NCBI RefSeq assembly: GCF_018350175.1
Contig: NC_058368.1
Span: forward strand, 220,722,001 to 220,786,000
Length of the DNA stretch: 64,000 nt
Origin: Felis catus
Lineage: Eukaryota
Direction of reading: 5' to 3'
Shown here: positions 52,864 through 64,000 of the stretch, piece after piece
Layout: every line of letters starts with the position of its first letter
Position numbering within the stretch: position 1 is the first letter of the stretch
The notes under the pieces: model-generated
The model's database searches: none
What the model was told of the DNA's origin: nothing
What the model saw: only the letters and a program-made list of their open reading frames with translations
Position numbers and translations under genes: made by a program

Positions 52864-55758
52864 GTAAGGCTCCTTTTTTTCTTTTTCTTTTTTATTGGTA
52901 TTGCATCGTGTGTGATCGCTTCAGGATATACGCACAGAAATTCATACATGATTAATAAAGTGTTGCCTGGCGTCGTCAGAAGCTGAACGAGGTTGCACAC
53001 AGACCTGGCATCTGAATTAGGAACTGGTGCGTGGTTTTGCTTTGGGAAACTTCAGTAAGTTCTAAACAAGTCTCTAGTCTTGAGAGCGAGAGGTTGAATT
53101 AAAAGGGGAGGGAAAGAAATGTTTTAACCACTCCTGTACCTTGCTTAGCGTGGTTGAATTTTCAAATGGAAATAATTATGTTTAGGGAGGTGTTCAACTG
53201 GTTATTTTATAAATGGCTTTATTGATCTGTTTTTTTTTTACTATAAAGTAATTCATGCTTTATTTTCAAAAAATTCTGAAAATACCTATCTCTCCTGATT
53301 TTTGTTAAAATACATTAACATCTCTACATCCTTCTCCACTGACACTTACTAAGACACATATATTTAAAAACTTCATTCTTCACTAAAGAAAACTGTAAAG
53401 CAATGCAATGCTTTAATAGCTAGTCTCTCAGTATACAGCTGAGTTTCCTACAACAAAACTAATCTGGGACAAGTGGAGGAGATATTACCAGATCTGTGGG
53501 TTATATAATATGCATTTCAAAAATTATCTTAAAGGTATTAAACATTTGGTGGTACATTCAAAAAGAAAGAACTATTTGCAGTAGAAGGTCATGCTAGCAA
53601 ATCATTTTTCCAAAGAGACATTCTGTAGTTTATAAATATTTTCTCCCTCTTAAACATCATTCTTTGTACATGGAAATCATAGTGGCTTCAGCACCTCTAT
53701 AGTTCACAGTACATGATGTCTCTTATAGACATTTCTCTGCACTCTCTGGAGAGAGAACTGACATACTTTTGGGTGATTCTGTGACCATTTCATGATTCTC
53801 AATTTCTCATCCGGTATTTTGAAGCTCATTCTCAAACTGCTTAGCTAGAAAATCACCTTACATACTGAGGGGGAAAAATGTAATAGAGCAGGTTATGAAA
53901 ATGTGTTTACAGTTTTAAATTACACTCTACATGACCAAAACGTGGAAATCCAACCATGCCAAGCAGGTATCAGTTTGCTTGGTCTTTTCAGCATACCTGA
54001 CTGGTTTCAAGATGTCTAAAACCCAGGTGCATGGCTGTCCAGAAATATTTACCTCCTCATTCAGTGGCATCATTTATTCATTCAATTATCAAAATCAATT
54101 TGAGAATCCCTTTAATTTATACATCTTCATTATTATTTCTAGGAAGGCAATTACCTGAGTAGGTTTTTCTTACAAATATTTCCATTATTCCAGCAGAAGG
54201 TCTCTTCAGAATTGAAAGGCAAATGTTTACTCTTCCCAAGCCATAAGCAGTTGATTGACAAATTGTTTTGGAATGCTGCGAGCTTAGCCACACACAAAGT
54301 AGAAGCTTCCACTTAAGTAATTTAACTAAGGGGCACGTCCGCTCGTTCAGTGACGAGATCTGGGGACATTGCCTCCACCTGCTATAGAAACTGCTGTATC
54401 AAAAAGAGGTCTTCCATGTACTTGAAAATCAATTCCAGAATATATTTTCTCCTTTAATAATGGCTTGTATTTTGAAGACTAACTTCTAGGTTTAACTCTG
54501 CCGTTATTCACTGCCTTCTCATTAAAAAAAAAAAAATCACATCTTCTTTTCCGTTATGTTCAGCAAATCTCCAGTTTCTGGATTCTTAACTTCGACTGCT
54601 GTGTACCGTTTTCTAGCACTAGGGGGGAGTTTTCAAGCCAAGAATGCTTTTTTTCCCTACTGGACCTGACTCTTTCCACTGATCTGCTTAGTGATGTGAT
54701 CATTTTAGATAATTCCCATAAAGAGAGAGAGCCGAATTATAATGGGAAGGAAGCATCCTCTGTTTTACATGTGGGATAATACATATTAAGATCTTATCAC
54801 AGCAAAAGCCGTGCTTAGTTTATGGGAAAAGATCCCAGCTAATGCTTCACGTGACATTTTTTTACCTCAGTATGACTGCATCCTTTGAGGATGGAGCACA
54901 CACTGATCTTGGATTTAGAATCTTTTGCATCTGGTATTTTGGCAGAACGTATTTCATGTACTAGGCTGTGATATTGATTGAAATCAATCTTTTATCATTT
55001 TGTGGTTAATAAGAATGTCTGTCACTCTTACCTCTTCGAATGATTGTGATGAACATCAAATCACTCTCGCTGATGAAATAGTACTGCAAATAGTCTGCTG
55101 AAACTGTTCTTACATGAGATGTGCAATATTACTGTGTTTTCACACCTGTGCCATTTAGATGTCAGATCATTAAATCTAACAACTGTGATAGGAAAATACA
55201 TACAGTGATGGTTCTCTTCAGAAGTGAGCCATGTTTTCGCATAAAAAAATATCAAATCTAAGGCCTGTGTAATATGATGACTTACTAATAGACTTTTCCA
55301 AACGTCTTCATACTTCCAAAGAGGAAGTGTGATTACAGAAGTCTCATTTAAGGTAAGATATCATTTCTTTAGTCTCTTAACAAAGCTATTTCTAAAGTAA
55401 TTATGCCCTGTACCACCCTGTCAGTATGACCACATCAATAGATAGCATTTTGCACCAGTTCGTGATTCCATTTATATCTAACGACAGGTGGAAATTATTT
55501 GCTCTTTCCTGTTTAACAGATATGGAGTTTTACTTTTACAAAGTGGGTCAATTCATATCAAGACAAATAAAATTAATTAAGGAATGAAGATTTATGATTT
55601 TCATGGGAACTTTCCCTTCACTAACACTTGATAATTGAGCAATTTACACTCTTACAGCTTTTGAAAGCATTTTAACTTTTGACTTTAAGGTAATTGCATT
55701 TTCCCCCCCTGAATTACTATGCTGAAAGGGTGATCTGTCATTACAAAACTTTAAAAAG

Positions 55759-55760
<2 letters not shown>

Positions 55761-55790
<30 letters not shown>
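55761..55790. repeat. (GT)n microsatellite
   Basis: Read directly. Confidence 0.95.
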
Positions 55791-55793
<3 letters not shown>

Positions 55794-57131
55794 CATGTGT
55801 GTGTGAATGTGAATATTGCTGCCCGTGTTGAATGTCCATAGTGGTTAGTCAAAGTTATTTTGAAGCATCACGTGATAAGATGACTAATAATATGTGGTAA
55901 GTAACGTTTTTAGAAAAGACTAAGAGAAAGTTATGACTCTTGTAAAATTGAATAACAGATGAGCTTCTCATAGTAGTTTTCTATTTTTTGTGAGCTGCTG
56001 GTTAATGTTTTAAGAATTTATTTATTCAACTATTAATTATCACTTAATTTAATAAGCGTTTGTTAAGCTGTTGAAAACAGGCCCTGTATTTACTGTTCTT
56101 TGTAAATTTAGTTTCATTCAGGATTGTATCACTTTATCATATTATAGCTCTGGTATTAAGGGGTAACTTAAATCTTCAGTATGTTCCAGGTTTTGTTTTG
56201 TTTTTTTTTTCCACTTAAGGGTTATGTTTTTTTTTTCCATACTCCTTGCTCTGTGAACATTTAAGTCATTACTCCATAAAAGGATCTATCTTACCTTGAA
56301 TATAAGGGATGTGCTATTTGAACAATGTGAAATTCTTTTTAAAATATGTAAATCTCATGTACGTGGTATGGCTAGTCTGCTGAGAGAAAGTGAGGCCCCA
56401 GTTTGTGCACAGATACCCAATAGAGAAATACAGGACTTGTGTATCAACTCCTGAACCAGTGCATACTTAGTGCAAAGTACCAAAGAAATCAACATTAGGA
56501 CATAGCTTGGGACTGTGGAATTATCCACAAAGTAGGATGCTAGTTACAAGCATGATTGATTACACCTGAAGTATACCATATACTCAGTAAGTTCTGTAAC
56601 TTCTGCTTTTTTTGATCCTTGGTTTCTTCTCTTGGTTAGTATAATATTACCACATAGACAACACTCACTAATAGATCTTTGTCTTTGGAAATTTCCATGA
56701 CCATAGTACTAGATTGGTAGAGATTAACTACAGCCAGAGCTGGCCCTCTGGGTTAGATGAAAACATGTGGTGGCCAGCATTTGCTATATGCTAAAATATA
56801 CTTGCCATGTTGGGATGTCTGTGGTTTTCAGGTCACTTACCTAAAAATAATTCCACTTATTTTTGGCAAGAATGCTTTTAAGGAATAGGCATGGGTATTT
56901 CTGGTAGTGTAAATAATCAATGAAGTTTAGATTAGGATGAAACCATATTTCAAGAGGTTTACAAGTCCAGCAACAAGGAGAATAAATCACCAAATAGAAA
57001 GCACAGAGCCAAGGGAAGTTTGTGGGATTATTATTATTATTTTTTTATATAGAGATTTGAGCATGTGCGTAGATGAGATGGGAATCATTAGAAAGAGAAA
57101 AGAAAATGAATGATGGATGGAGAACTTAAAG

Positions 57132-57534
57132 TGTTGGAGGAGTTTATCAAAAGGCTGTGACCCCCTATTGACCCCTGAGCTGGACCCTGGCGATCAGAAG
57201 TTCTTCATTCTCTTTCCTGTCCTTGGAGTGTGCATTCTGCCCACCATTCTCACACTAGGAGTTGTTTCAAGGACAAAACCTTGAGAAAGCAAAGTGTTGT
57301 TGAGACCATTAGACAGAGGATGTGACTGAACACTGTTAAGGCCTCTACACAAACTTTTAAGATTCTGTCAGGCAGATGCAGAGATTAACTCATCTTGTGG
57401 GCACCCATAACAAGTCTCATGCAGAAAGTTTCTTTACTTGCCAAATCTGCCACATACCAATCTCTCTCCTTGCCCTCCATGTCCAGGGCCAATTTCAACT
57501 TAACCCAGAAAGCTCCTGAGTTTTTGAAGCCATA
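57132..57534 (+). mobile_element. Solo LTR, same family as 43022 and 51329
   Basis: Begins tgttggaggagtt; TSD taaag/tagag; shared internal blocks. Confidence 0.8.
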
Positions 57535-58433
57535 TAGAGAAGATTAAAATTTATAATATCCAGGGCATAGGTGGAATATACAATTAGAAGATGTCATTAA
57601 TTTTAATAACACAAGTGAAGTAGTATTCAAAAGCCAAATATCAAATAATTTTAGCTCACATTTCAGCATTTATTATTGTCTTCAATGTCAAAAAGGATTG
57701 TTAGGAAGTAATCAACCAAAATGTGATGTTAATTTAATTTATCTAAAGTAATACTTCTAAATTTAATTGAAAGAGATCCAGATGTTTGGTAAATGTTGAG
57801 AAGTAGGGGAAATTAACTTGAAAAGACTGCCCCTAGGAAAAAATGTTGGGGTGTTATCATTAGCACTGAATAGTATGATGTTTTTAAAACTATTTCTGAA
57901 GAGAGAATGTGGAATACTTGAAGTAACAAGGAAGTAATCAACATTGTATCCGAAAGGAAATGTCCTCCTAGGACTTTGTGGGTCAATGTTTATTTCCAGG
58001 AAGGGTAGCCTACTCCAAGTGTGATTTCAGACTATTTTAAAAGCAAAATGGTTCCTGAAACTCTACTTTTCCCTAATTATTAGCAACAGGATCCTGGGTA
58101 AAAAGTGAAAACATAAGCTCTTGGCAAGGTTTTTATATTATATGTTTACTTAGACAAGAATGGGAAGCCAAGAATACTTCTCTGAAATAGAAGGGTGTTT
58201 CACAGTGAGATACCTCATTATCTAAATCATTATTTGATATTTGTACTAAACTGCCTACTAGAAGGTCACCACTATAAGATCATTACATGGAAGGAAGTCC
58301 AGTGTTAGAATCGTAGCTATTACAACCAAAATTAGAGTTGTGTCAAGTAATCCGGCACACACAGCAGATTCATGTGTATACTAAATATAAATAATATAAA
58401 TTTTAAATGAGGAATTAAAAAGACAGTTATTCT

Positions 58434-58557
58434 GGGGTGCCTGAGTGGCTCAGTCGGTTAAGCGTCCAACTCTTGATTTCTGCTCAGGTCATGATCTCAC
58501 GGTTTGTGGGATTGAGCCCTGCATTGGGTTTCACACTGAGCATAGAGTCTGCTTGGG

Positions 58558-58619
<62 letters not shown>

Positions 58620-58692
58620 CCTTCCCCTTCCCTGCTCTCATGCACGCATTCTCTCCCTTCTCTCTCTCTCAAAGTAAATAAACATTAAAAAA
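58434..58692 (+). mobile_element. CanSINE with long (CT)n
   Basis: Head, (CT)n at 58560-58616 and A tail. Confidence 0.95.
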
Positions 58693-59345
58693 CATTCCAT
58701 AATACATTAAAATCTCAGTATTTCATGTGTTTATTTAACAAGGAATTTTATATGCCTGTTATTATATAACACTGGTGATGAAAGAAATGGTATAAATGAA
58801 AATACATGGGATGTGATCTGCCCTAGACACAGCAGTGGTGTCATGTAGGTATTACTTTTGAAAAACAAAAATGTCAGGCATATTCAGAATACACAATCAT
58901 ACCACAAAAACATAGGTCCACTACCTAGGGTTTTGTCTAATTATAAACCGTGGGATCTTTTTGCAGGGAAATTAGGCAGCATCCATCAAAATTCAAAACC
59001 TAGCAGTTTTCATACTTGGATTATTTTCTGCAGAAATATTTCCATGTGCTTGTCATTGTCTTCTGATTTTATTCTTTTCTCACGGGCTCCTTTTTCTCAT
59101 TCTCCTCTGCCGAGTTCTCTGTCTTTACACCTATAAATAGAAACTGTCAAGAGTATCCCTGGGCCCAGTCTTAGGTCCTGCTCACATATCTAGAAACTTA
59201 CTGAACAGGTAATGCCATCCCGTAGTACAGGTTCTAATGCCATTTGAAAGCCCATTTCCAAATGTACGTCTTTGTCTCCAATCTTTGTTCTGATAATTCA
59301 GACTTTAATCTCCAGATGCCTACCCAGTGTTTCCACTTGCACATC

Positions 59346-60071
59346 TGTATTAGGCTGGCTGGGCTGCCAGAAATAAATACCACAGCCTGGGTGGCTTAAG
59401 CAGCAGAAACTTATTTTCTCACCACTCAGGAGGCTAGAAGTCCAAAATTGAGGTGCTGGCTGATTGGGTTCCTGGTGAAAGTGTAGATGGATTCTCGCAT
59501 AGAGTCGTGACCCTGAGGCTTTTCTTTCCAGGAAGCAATTTATTCCTGCCGGCACTGCTCAGTTGGGTTCCTACCGGAAGAACTGATCCCCGAATGCCAT
59601 GTGGTGTAGTTTTTTAAAATAGATTTTCCATTTCTTTGTCTCCCATATATGATAACATACAAACATGGAGTCTGATGAAGTGGTTTCATGTTACAAGGTC
59701 CTGAGGGATGTTGTCACATATGTGTATAACCTGGTTGCCTTCAGGTTTTTTTTTTTTTGTTTGTTTTGTTTTGTTTTTTCCTTCCCTTAGGAAGGGGACC
59801 CTACCACAACAGCTTTCTTCCTGGCTTGTGGATGGCTTTCTTTTCACTGTGTCTTCATATGACTTCTTGATGTTGCTACAGAGCATGGGAACAGGCTCTG
59901 TGTTCTCGCTTCTTATAAGGGCAGTTATCCCATCATGAGGATCCCACCTTTATGGCCTCATCTCACCCTAATTACTTCCCATTGGCCCCACCTCCAAATA
60001 CCATCATATTGGGAGTTAGCAATTCAGCCTGTATGCCCCGCCCTTTAGGGAAACACATGCAGTTCATAGCA
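59346..60071 (-). mobile_element. MLT1A-like MaLR solo LTR
   Basis: tgtattagg...ttcatagca termini; TSD acatc/acatg. Confidence 0.85.
59482..59808 (-). mobile_element. Short solo LTR (ERV1-like, probably carnivore-specific) nested in MLT1A
   Basis: tgta...caca termini, AATAAA on the minus strand (caatttattc), 4-bp flanks aaag/acag. MLT1A text resumes in register after it. Confidence 0.72.
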
Positions 60072-63000
60072 ACATGTTTCAGTCCTGTTAAACATAACTT
60101 GTTTGAAACCAAGCTTTTCATTTCTGCTCCTTATCACCACAACTAAATATTTTCATTTTCCTAATCTACTTCATCTCAGTAAATTATATAATTATTCATT
60201 TAATTTCTTAAGAATTAGAGTCAACCCCGAGACCTTGCTTTCCTCTCTTCTCGCCCTGAACAGTGCCAGTATTAGATCTGCTGGCTTCATGGCCTTGTTG
60301 CCTAAGTACATCTTTAATCCAGTAACCGCCACCTCTACCAGTCGCCTTCGATACAACCGCTATCCTTGCAGCCTCCTAACTAGTCTTTCTGCTTCTACTT
60401 TTATCTCCTCCCCTGACTCCAATTCAATGTACAGACAGCCAATATCACTAAGTACTTCCTGTGTTTTAAAGGCAATATCTGGTGTAACCCCTCCGTTTTC
60501 TTTCACATTATGCTGAGTTCATCCCTGCCACAGGGACTTTGCAGTCACCCAATTCATCCTTTTCTTTATGTAGATCTTGGTTTAAATATTCTTACTTCAG
60601 AGCTACATTTTCTAATTACGGTCTATAAATAGCATTTCCTTTCTCAGAATTATCTTTACCTTTATCCATATTTAATTTTCTTTAAATAGGACCTGTTTCA
60701 GCTTACATGATACTGTGTTACATCGTCTGTCTTCCTAAAGAAATGGAGACCACAGGAGGGAAGCTATACAGTAGTGCTTAGCATGTAGGAACCCTCCATT
60801 AGTGTTTCGGTGAATGAATGAATGAATGAATGAATGAATGAAAGAATGGATATGGGTACATAAATTTACTTAAGCATACACATGCATCTAGGAGGAGTTT
60901 GACGATTTACATGATGATAAGAGTGGTAATCTTTAGGGAGGAGAGGGAGACATACTTGTGAATTATGTGAATTTTTATAGTAATGTATTATGCATATAAC
61001 TTGGCTTGTAAGTGTAATAATTGCTAGGCTTGCCGTTTGTTCGTATTCAGTACGGAAACCGTGTTCTGTTAAGATTATTAAGGGAATAAAAGAATAGAAT
61101 TTGAGTGTCAGCTGACCAAAAAAAATGGTTTTAAAGTTAATACAGAATAATTTGGACAAGTACTAGTTATCTTTTCAACTCAAGATTCAATACTGTATCA
61201 CTACGTATAATGTCCCTGATTCCCCATGGTGTCCACAATTAAAATAAACCTCCCAGAATGCACTAAAAAAGGGGGGAAAGGCCTTTAAGGATTTGTCTTA
61301 ATTGGCTCTGAGATGCAGTTTTGTTATCTGGAGAGAACAGAGGAGAATCGGCATTAACACCTGGACTCGTGTCTATGCAGAGTCCAGAGCTCCTAAAGTA
61401 ACAATTAAATGGCTTAATCTTAAAGCCCTCCAAGGTTTAATTCAGTAGCTCCCTTCAGAAGGGCATTGCTAATTCTTCCTCAATTGCTGCTGCTTCTGAC
61501 TGCACTGCCTTAATTTGAACAGTATTCAAAATTCCATTCTCCCTAATGGAGTTAATTGCATTATGAAAGTCGGTTTACAGTGGAAACTTATTTCCTCTTG
61601 TGGAGTATCTCTCTACAGAGTCCTTTCTTTTCCTTTTCAACTTGACACATATCCACATTTGTGCAGGATAATGTCACAAATTCAGCGTGCCCTGTTTAAA
61701 CCAAGTTTCAAAGAATATTCTTTAAAATATGTATATATACGCTAAAGCATGTTACCAAAGCACCTATAATTTTGTACATGCTCAGGCCATCTGATCTAAT
61801 AGACTCTAAGTCCTTGGAACATTAACAAATCTCTGAACTTTTATATAGGCTGTGACCTATTCATTTAGAGGGCTGCTTCAATAAACGAAGGCTCACTTAG
61901 GTTAATGATGGATCATGGAGCTGTTTGATTTGCAGTGAGCTAAGTTGCCCATTATCCCCTAACATTCATGTGGGTCATGTTATCACAACCAAATAATGGG
62001 TTAGACCCCTTCCCTTGTTCCTGTGGATTTCCAAGTCATTACAGGAAATCTTAATGTGCAAGTCCATGAAGCATTATGACTTACAACTGCAGATGAATTA
62101 TTTTTGCCAAGAGTATGAAATTTCAGCTAAGGGTCGGTTTCATCATGACAATATCAGCTGCTTATTCAAGAGTTCATCTTGGTATTTTCTTGAAAAGAAA
62201 CCTGGACGTTCTCTATGTTTCTCCCCATCCTCAATTAAGCATCCCTAAAATTACATTCATGTCTACCATCTACTTGCTCCCTTTTACACATACACATAGG
62301 TATGCAGACAGACATACGGAGAGACAAAAGTGGGACATTGAATCAGTCTTTAACTGATTCAATTTAACTGTAAAAAAAAAAAGTTACATCAATTATAAGT
62401 GTTGTATCAAGGAGCCAAAGATCTGTTTTATAATGCCAGCCATGGTGATTGCTTCCTTTTTACAGGCACATGTCCGTGCTAAGAAATCTTGAAAGTTAAG
62501 GGAAATTCACTGGAAATATATTTTAAATGTATTTTAAAGCGTTTTTGTGATGCCCTCACATTGCATGTTTATCACAGTGTATGCATGTGTGCACATAGAC
62601 ACAAATGTTAAAAGCAACTTCGTCAGTAACATCTCTAAAGCTAGCTAAATGTTTCTGATAGAAGGCAATAAACCCTTTGGCATTAATCCTTCCTAAAAAT
62701 GAAATACTTCTACACTATAGAGAAAGCTATATGAAATATGAATGACAGGAGAAAAACAACTTCATTTATTCTTGCTCTGTGATTTACGGTGCAGAGATGA
62801 CAACCATGGGGGAGGTGAAGAATGGTGACTTCTTCTGTGTTTGATGCTAATTTTACAGTACTACAGAAAAAGAGAGCATTGTGCCATATTCTGGATCTCT
62901 AAGTGAATTTATTTAAAGATGGTCCATTAGTTCATGTCACCATGGAGAACTAGTAAATTATGAGTGTTTTTACAAATAGACTTGGGAAAACTTCCCCAGC

Positions 63001-63584
63001 ATTGTGGATTCACAGAGAACTACCCTGAAAAATTATTATATTCTGCTTTCTAGTCACAAAGCTATGACTAATAACTTAAACACAGAAGCCAAGATATTTT
63101 CATTAATGGTTACTTAACCAAATTTTGTAAATGCATTTACTCTTACATTTTTTAATGCCAGGGTAAGTTTTTTAAACTCCATGAAAGTAAGAGAATAAGT
63201 TTAGCCTGCAGAGATAGTGCCAAAATTCTCTTTACAAAAACAAACAAAAAAAAATGTACCTGCCTGTCTCTGAGAGAACTTAAAGGAATGTAAAAACATT
63301 ACAAAATGTATGAAGACATTTTTTTTTTACTTTACCTTTGGTTTATTACTCATTATTTAAACTTCATTTTGTTAAACTGTATCAGAAGATTTTATCTTGA
63401 CAAGTCAATTTGAGTGTTTTGATGACTAATTACAAAAATATAGAGACCTCTCATAGTCTCTATTCCCCATCATTTAGTTCTCAAGATATTTTCAACCAGA
63501 TTTATCTGGTCCCATACTAAAAAAATGCTGGTAGTTTAGCACTTTCCATTTTTATTTTTTAAACATTTTTAAAATGTTTATTTA

Positions 63585-64000
63585 CCAGTTTGCATTCCCA
63601 CCAACAGTGCAAGAGGGTTCCCGTTTCTCCACATCCTCTCCAGCATCTATAGTCTCCTGATTTGTTCATTTTAGCCACTCTGGAAAACAGTGTGGAGGTT
63701 CCTCAAAAAATTAAAAATAGACCTACCCTATGACCCAGCAGTAGCACTGCTAGGAATTTACCCAAGGGATACAAGAGTACTGATGCATAGGGGCACTTGT
63801 ACCCCAATGTTTATAGCAGCACTCTCAACAATAGCCAAATTATGGAAAGAGCCTAAATGTCCATCAACTGATGAATGGATAAAGAAATTCTGGTTTATAT
63901 ACACAATGGAGTACTACGTGGCAATGAGAAAGAATGAAATATGGCCCTTTGTAGCAACATGAATGGAACTGGAGAGTGTGATGCTAAGTGAAATAAGCCA
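63585..64000 (+). mobile_element. Young felid L1 insertion with 5' inversion; ORF2p C-terminal coding fragment, runs off the window
   Basis: 63585-63682 is antisense L1; from 63673 the sense strand encodes WRFLKKLKIDLPYDPAVALLGIYP...CTPMFIAALSTIAKLWKEPKCPSTDEWIKK. Premature TGA at 63960-63962 where ORF2p usually has Trp. Confidence 0.95.

Larger units (their letters stand above)
59150..60842 (+). mobile_element. L2 remnant ending in (TGAA)n, split by MLT1A
   Basis: 'atctccagatgcctacccagtgtttccacttg' lies left and 'aaacataacttgtttgaaaccaagct' right of the MaLR; 3' (TGAA)n at 60810-60842. Confidence 0.7.

Noticed and set aside
52429..52955. Overlapping 97-126 aa ORFs over the promoter region
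   Set aside because: Non-ATG starts and no recognisable domains; the + ORF runs through the splice donor. Expected in GC-richer sequence.
54615..54631. CTCF-like 'gcactaggggggag' (also near 52382 and 49605)
   Set aside because: Mismatches at core positions; not supportable without PWM scoring or ChIP data.
60103..60516. Longest ORF in the track (137 aa)
   Set aside because: Non-ATG start, Ser/Leu-rich, and lies in an L2 remnant.

Overview
Mammalian, AT-rich, repeat-dense genomic DNA, almost certainly from a felid: it carries many tRNA-derived CanSINEs, including young SINEC_Fc-type copies, and a young cat-type L1. I find no cellular protein-coding exon. The ORF-track entries are chance ORFs in SINEs, microsatellites or AT-rich DNA, except 63690..63962, which is the C-terminus of L1 ORF2p. 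Positions 1-52 kb are intergenic. They contain old L1 remnants, MaLR/ERVL/ERV1 LTRs (including a complete two-LTR MaLR provirus), hAT and Tigger DNA-transposon fossils, MIRs and most of the roughly 28 CanSINEs. At about 52.45-52.86 kb there is a promoter-like region (GC box, inverted CCAAT, local CpG enrichment) and a + strand, apparently non-coding first exon ending in CAG|GTAAGG; the rest of the window would be its first intron. The most notable observations are a 5'-inverted (twin-primed) young L1 joined through a 10-nt microhomology, three solo LTRs of one family around the promoter, several nested insertions whose order can be read, a SINE re-inserted at the target site of an older SINE, a possible uORF and two candidate enhancers. 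I see no evidence of a novel multi-gene system. Repeat family names come from my recognition of consensus-like sequence and need RepeatMasker/Dfam confirmation.
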